NCBI GenBank assembly: GCA_030765485.1
Contig: JAVCCR010000032.1
Location: 166,289 to 230,288, forward strand
Origin: Candidatus Gygaella obscura
GTDB lineage: Bacteria; Omnitrophota; Gorgyraeia; Gygaellales; Gygaellaceae
Direction: 5' to 3'
Length of the DNA: 64,000 nucleotides
Positions 58,958 through 64,000 of the stretch are shown one piece after another. The first letter of the stretch is position 1; each line of letters begins with the position of its first letter. The notes under the pieces are model-generated. The model searched no databases and was not told where the DNA came from. It was given only the letters and a program-made list of their open reading frames with translations. Both the position numbers and the translations under genes were made by a program.

Positions 58958-61900
58958 ATCAAAAAACAAATTCTTATAACAGTACTGGTTTGTTTATCCT
59001 TAGTTGTCTATGCGGGTAAAGCGTTTGCGGCAGACATAACCTGGAATTCCGCTGATGCTGGTACTTGGGGTGATGATACGAACTGGGCAGGGGGATCAAA
59101 ACCAGGGGCCGATGATACAGCAATATTTGATGGGACGGGAGCAGGAGTTTGTACTATCGATACAGACGAAGTTTGTACAGGAATTACTCTCAGCAGCGGA
59201 ACTATAAGCGTTACAACTGGCAGTCTTGATTTGAGCGGAGATTTTACGATATCCGGCGGGTCTTTTACAGCACCCAATGCTGCAGATAAATTTTATGTTG
59301 GAGGTACCTGGACTAATAACGGTGGAACATTTAATAATGGCGGTACTTCATCTGAAGTAACATTAGATGGCGCTAGTAAGAATATAGCAGGAACTGCAAC
59401 AACCACATTCAATGATCTTACCATAGATGGATCTTATTTAGCAACTACCAGCGTAACAGTAACTGATGTATTGATAATTGATTCGGACGATTCCGGTACG
59501 GATTCTTTGACATTGGATGCTACTTCTAATGCCGTTACCCTTTCGGTTGAAACTTCAATAACTATAGGAAACAATGGCGATCTGATTAATGACAATGGTA
59601 ATGATTCTGATAGGCATCTAACGCTCATCGGTACCAATGTGGGGACTCCGCTTTCCATAACTAAAGCACCGGAATTTAGACTAACCACCTATCTCCAGAA
59701 CGTAGATATACAAACAACTACTGTATTAGATACTAATGTTTCGCTTATATATTTAAATGATAGCAATTGCAATTTTGCCGGATTTACAGTTTCTACAGGT
59801 GTAGCAATTGCTGGTCTGTTTATGCAAGGTTATGATGTGAGTTTTACCGGTGATATTTCGATAGCTGGTACAATATCGGGAATACAGAATAACGGTGGGA
59901 ATATCAATGCAGGGACAAACTCCATAACCCTCAATGGAAATGATACAACTGCAACTATATCATTAGATGGAAATGGAATCCTTACCGCAGGCGCTGTCAA
60001 TGTTACTTCCGGAAAATTTGACCTTGATAGCAGTACGTGTTCGGTAGACTTTTCCGGTAATTTGACTATTGGCGCAAGCGGTACGGTAGAAGCAACAGGA
60101 TTTTCGCCGGATATTAATGTTGCCGGTAATTGGGATAACAACGGGACATTTACTGCCGGAAGTAGTAAAGTTATCCTGGATGGTACAACTAGTACGACTT
60201 TTGAAGCAGGTTCATCTAGTTATTATCAAATAGAAATAAACAAAACGGGTACTGATTCCAATGATGAGGTTACTGTTCAAACAGATACCCTGACAATGAC
60301 TAATGCTTTAACGGTGACTAACGGTGTATTGGATCAGGATATAGCAATATCTGGACCCACAGGAGTTACGATAGCAGCTGGTGGTGAATGGATAAATGAT
60401 ACTAATAGTGATGTTACGTTAGCGGGCGATGTAGCTAATGCCGGAATAGTAACGTTTAATGGGATAACGGTGAATAATGGTATAACCATAGCTTCAAGCG
60501 ATACCACAAAGCGTAACTGGCAGACTTCAGGCGCAGGTTCGTTTAGTTTTACCGATGTCACTGCATCATATCAGTCATGTACTGGTGGTAGTCCAGCTAC
60601 GATAGCTGTAACAAGCGGAACTAGCGGGGGTAACAACTTAAACTGGACGTTTGGGACGAATACGGTTACGGGAGCTGTTTATAAAGGGGTTACGCTACAG
60701 ACATCAGATCCCATTGGAGTAGTTTTTCATGACGTTAGTGCCGGAACAACTGATATTATCCTTGATAATACGAACGGCAGTGGTATTTTTGGTACGACAG
60801 TTGGAACAATAGGGGCGGGCGACATTATCGGCCTATATACTGATGATGATAACGCAGAGACAGGATGTACAGTTATTGAATGTGAATCCGGAGGAGATCA
60901 GGCTGGATTGACAATGGCTTATTATTATGTGTTTTTGTCTAGTTCAAATTTAACGAATGCGGATTTGAATGAAGTTGATGCTGACATAGATGATGAGATG
61001 AATTTTACAGTTGATGGTAGTGGGCATCTTACAACTGGAACCAGTAGCCAGTTAATGTTACAGCTGAGTGCCAATACAAATTATGTACCCGGAGGGAATG
61101 TGACCGTTCCTGGGTCAGTCGGAGATGATGGTGATATAACTCTGGGGGCTCTTGCGATAATGAATATGGAGGGAAATGATCTCAATATGACGGGTACTTT
61201 GAATGTTCAAGGTACTTTTTTACAGACGGTTGGAGGGACAACCACGATAAGTGGTGCTACAGAAGCTATTGTTGCGTCTTCGAATTTTGTTAGTGCTACT
61301 TTTTATGATCTAGATATCACGGGAACATACTCGTTAGATGATGGAGATATTAACGCTATTATGGTCTTGAATGATCTTACTGTCGGTGACGGGGCATCAT
61401 TAACCTTAGGCGGAACCGCTGGACCGCTCACAGTCACTGTTGATAACTCTATAATCTATGCCGAAGGATGTAGTGTCTCCGGGGAATATGACGAAGGTAT
61501 TATAATTTCGAATGATGACAATGCTGTTACATTGGTAGGCAATACTGGTGATGAAACCTTTGTGGGTACGGGCGGTGGTAGTGCTGAGATATTTTATGTC
61601 GCGAATAATAAGATGATCTATCTATCGGGTCTTGATGTGCAGATGCCGACGATAATCGAAGGATCAAACGGAGGAAGCTTAGCTTCTGCAGTTTCAGCTA
61701 TTACTCTTAGCGGAGCTTGTACATTTGATGCCATAACTATACAAAACGGTTTGTGGAATCTTACCAGATTTTATACTGGTGCTAATGTGTGTACAGTTGG
61801 AGGTACGATTACGGTTGATGGTAATGGTACTACTGGGGGGGCTTTTCATGTAGATAATGGAGGAACTTTGACGGCTACCGGGCAAGATATTGTTGTGAAT

Positions 61901-64000
61901 CTTGGTGGAAGCGGGTTTTGGGTAAACGGTAACGGTACGGCAACATTTGATGATATGACAAGCAGTGGTTGGACTGGATTTGCGTCTACACCGACCGGAT
62001 CTATGAATATTACCGGTAATTACACTAACACCGGGACAGTAAATTTTGGCAGCGGCGCTTGTGCTATTTCACTTGAAGGTAATTGGAACAACTCCGGTGG
62101 TGTGATCTCCAATGCCGGAAGTTCCACGATTACGCTCGATGGTAGCACAGCAAGTACAACCTTTATTGCAAAATCTGACGGCAGCGATGTCTATAACAAC
62201 ATTACGATCAACAAAACAGACGGTGATGATGGTGATGATAATGTCACATTTCAGACAAATGCGTTTACTATTGATGGAACATTAACCGTAACTGACGGTG
62301 AAGCGGTGCAGCAGGTACCTTTTACACGCGTTGATGCAGTGGATCTTGCGAATGCAGGAAAATGGACCAATACGACAGCAGGAGCTGATATAACCCTTGG
62401 CGGTAATGTTACAGGATACGGTTCGGGGCATCTTAATTTTGATGCTGCTTTCAATATCAGGTCAAGTGCAGCAACTCAACGTAATTGGGACGGTGGGCTT
62501 ACAGCAGATGCCATGTCGAACGTTGATGTGAGTTATCAGAACTGGATAACAGATAGGATAAAGGTAACCAGCGGAACAGATTCAGGCAATAACACAAACT
62601 GGGTTTTCGGTGAAAACCAGATATTCGGAACAGTTTATACAGATGATACTAAAGTTTCAACTCAGAATAGTACGGCAGTAACAGTGGTTGTCTATGATAA
62701 TTCTGCTGGGACGCAATCAATTTATACGACTACCACCCATGCCAGTGACGGAACGTATTCAGTAGGCAACGGTACTTTAGCGGAGAACGATCTCATTGGT
62801 GTTTACTTAGATACAGGTGGTGCGACAAAAGCAACATCTGTATATAAATGTGCGGGTCCAGGAGATGTTACAGGGCTTGATCTTTATGTTGGTGATCTGG
62901 TAATAAGTGGCGGTAGCATTACCACAACTAATTTAAGTAATGCCGATGATACGGATACGGATATCTTGTATTCCATAGATGGTGATGATGATTTTACCTT
63001 AAATTCCGGAGTTAATCTTTATATAGAATCCGGCGCAACACTAAATCTTGAGAGCAATAATATTGATGATATCTCCGGCAACATGACAATAGAATCGATT
63101 GGTACCTTAACCCAGGCAGGTGGGACAACGATTTTATCCGGTACAAGTAAAACTATAACCGGCGCAGGAACATATACGTTTTATAATCTTACCATAGATG
63201 GCACGTATACATTTCAGCCTTCAGCTAGTGTGACCATGACAGTTTCGGGTACATTGTTAACGAATGATTCAGGAGATACACTCAGTTTGGATGCGGATAC
63301 AGGAAATATAGATTTAGTGCTTGAGGCAAGAGCTTATGTTAATAACGGTAATATTGAAATTATATCTTCAGATGATGACACTGTTACAATTCAGGGCACA
63401 GATGATACCGTAAGAGATTTTGGTGAAGATTCCGGAGATAATTTTATTGATCTTAACGGAAGGGGTGTATATGTGCGATATCTAGATTTTAAGATGAATG
63501 CTGTTGCTGATGAGTCTGGTGATAATATTAAAGTTACTGGGCCCTGCACATTTGTAGATGTTTCTCTGCTCAATGTATGGACAGGTTTTCAGGTTTTTGA
63601 GGGTGCAACTGCTACTATAAATGGTAATGTTACAACAGCGTCGACTAGTTGGCTCTTGGTTGGCGACAATCTTGACACTGATACTATCGGTATCATGAAC
63701 GTTTCAGGAGATATCAATATTGGTGCTTCTGGTTGGCTTGGGTCTGGTTTAGCTGTGGCATATGGTGATTCAATCATTACAGCAACCAATATCGATGTAA
63801 GTAGTGGTAGTATTATTGTTGTAGATGAAGATTCGACCACAGGAAAAATAGATGTAAGTGGAAATATTACTATGTCTGGAGGGAGCGTTAAACTTACAAA
63901 TTATGGAACTATTGAACTTGAAGGTAACTGGGATAACTCGGGAACAACTTCATTTATCTCAGGAACGAGTTCCACGATTACGCTTGATGGCAGTGCGGCA
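58958..64000 (+). CDS. Giant secreted beta-strand repeat (adhesin-like) protein, 3'-partial, at least 1681 aa, probable ATC start
   Basis: Manual translation found no stop from 58958 to the window end. It begins (M)KKQILITVLVCLSLVVYAGKAFA|ADITW..GTW....NW (Sec signal peptide) and is T/G/D/S/N-rich. It is absent from the ORF track, presumably because no stop lies in the window. Confidence 0.9.
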   Translation, partial: MKKQILITVLVCLSLVVYAGKAFAADITWNSADAGTWGDDTNWAGGSKPGADDTAIFDGTGAGVCTIDTDEVCTGITLSSGTISVTTGSLDLSGDFTISGGSFTAPNAADKFYVGGTWTNNGGTFNNGGTSSEVTLDGASKNIAGTATTTFNDLTIDGSYLATTSVTVTDVLIIDSDDSGTDSLTLDATSNAVTLSVETSITIGNNGDLINDNGNDSDRHLTLIGTNVGTPLSITKAPEFRLTTYLQNVDIQTTTVLDTNVSLIYLNDSNCNFAGFTVSTGVAIAGLFMQGYDVSFTGDISIAGTISGIQNNGGNINAGTNSITLNGNDTTATISLDGNGILTAGAVNVTSGKFDLDSSTCSVDFSGNLTIGASGTVEATGFSPDINVAGNWDNNGTFTAGSSKVILDGTTSTTFEAGSSSYYQIEINKTGTDSNDEVTVQTDTLTMTNALTVTNGVLDQDIAISGPTGVTIAAGGEWINDTNSDVTLAGDVANAGIVTFNGITVNNGITIASSDTTKRNWQTSGAGSFSFTDVTASYQSCTGGSPATIAVTSGTSGGNNLNWTFGTNTVTGAVYKGVTLQTSDPIGVVFHDVSAGTTDIILDNTNGSGIFGTTVGTIGAGDIIGLYTDDDNAETGCTVIECESGGDQAGLTMAYYYVFLSSSNLTNADLNEVDADIDDEMNFTVDGSGHLTTGTSSQLMLQLSANTNYVPGGNVTVPGSVGDDGDITLGALAIMNMEGNDLNMTGTLNVQGTFLQTVGGTTTISGATEAIVASSNFVSATFYDLDITGTYSLDDGDINAIMVLNDLTVGDGASLTLGGTAGPLTVTVDNSIIYAEGCSVSGEYDEGIIISNDDNAVTLVGNTGDETFVGTGGGSAEIFYVANNKMIYLSGLDVQMPTIIEGSNGGSLASAVSAITLSGACTFDAITIQNGLWNLTRFYTGANVCTVGGTITVDGNGTTGGAFHVDNGGTLTATGQDIVVNLGGSGFWVNGNGTATFDDMTSSGWTGFASTPTGSMNITGNYTNTGTVNFGSGACAISLEGNWNNSGGVISNAGSSTITLDGSTASTTFIAKSDGSDVYNNITINKTDGDDGDDNVTFQTNAFTIDGTLTVTDGEAVQQVPFTRVDAVDLANAGKWTNTTAGADITLGGNVTGYGSGHLNFDAAFNIRSSAATQRNWDGGLTADAMSNVDVSYQNWITDRIKVTSGTDSGNNTNWVFGENQIFGTVYTDDTKVSTQNSTAVTVVVYDNSAGTQSIYTTTTHASDGTYSVGNGTLAENDLIGVYLDTGGATKATSVYKCAGPGDVTGLDLYVGDLVISGGSITTTNLSNADDTDTDILYSIDGDDDFTLNSGVNLYIESGATLNLESNNIDDISGNMTIESIGTLTQAGGTTILSGTSKTITGAGTYTFYNLTIDGTYTFQPSASVTMTVSGTLLTNDSGDTLSLDADTGNIDLVLEARAYVNNGNIEIISSDDDTVTIQGTDDTVRDFGEDSGDNFIDLNGRGVYVRYLDFKMNAVADESGDNIKVTGPCTFVDVSLLNVWTGFQVFEGATATINGNVTTASTSWLLVGDNLDTDTIGIMNVSGDINIGASGWLGSGLAVAYGDSIITATNIDVSSGSIIVVDEDSTTGKIDVSGNITMSGGSVKLTNYGTIELEGNWDNSGTTSFISGTSSTITLDGSAA
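59400..64000 (+). repeat. Degenerate ~1.85-1.95 kb intragenic tandem repeats
   Basis: Anchor GNW(D/N)N..G..SS.(I/V).LDG starts at 60125, 62078 and 63923. TF.(D/N)L.I.G.Y recurs near 59405, 61300 and 63180. RNW..DV..SYQ..VTSGT..GNN.NW.FG recurs near 60510 and 62480. Confidence 0.8.

Noticed and set aside
59008-63840. Short minus-strand ORFs in the track (59008-59277, 59434-59688, 59830-60141, 60334-60561 and others)
   Set aside because: They are antisense shadows of the long + strand frame. Their V/S/P/T-rich composition mirrors its codons and they show no motifs.
1-64000. CRISPR arrays, tRNA/rRNA genes, IS elements, integrases, prophage, stop-codon recoding
   Set aside because: No spaced direct repeats, structured-RNA-sized gaps, or transposase/integrase motifs were seen. 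Conserved genes end at TAA, TAG and TGA at expected lengths, consistent with the standard bacterial code.

Overview
AT-rich bacterial chromosome segment. Every supported gene is on the + strand and most are tightly packed or overlapping. Gene content and order suggest a PVC-superphylum organism, probably Ca. Omnitrophota (inference only). From left to right: (1) housekeeping and cell-envelope genes (partial ftsA with no ftsZ after it, yggS, proC, mtnP, ileS, dksA/traR-like, lspA, rluD, aroA, mreBCD-mrdA-rodA, B12 radical SAM); (2) a ~21 kb type IV pilus/T2SS-like locus headed by an unusual c-di-GMP module, made of a degenerate GGDEF protein, two stand-alone MshEN proteins, two tandem PilB/GspE ATPases whose own MshEN motifs are eroded, and a 1387-aa GGDEF-STAND ATPase-HEAT protein; (3) orphan groES-like gene, split pta, ackA, panD; (4) a membrane/transport block with mlaE/F/D-like genes and an internally deleted amino-acid permease pseudogene; (5) glycine cleavage genes, lipA, a methyltransferase, a beta-carbonic-anhydrase-like gene and a MATE transporter; (6) a giant secreted repeat-protein ORF missing from the supplied ORF track (58958 to beyond 64000, at least 1681 codons) that appears to start at a non-canonical ATC codon. 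No rRNA, tRNA, CRISPR array or mobile element was recognised.
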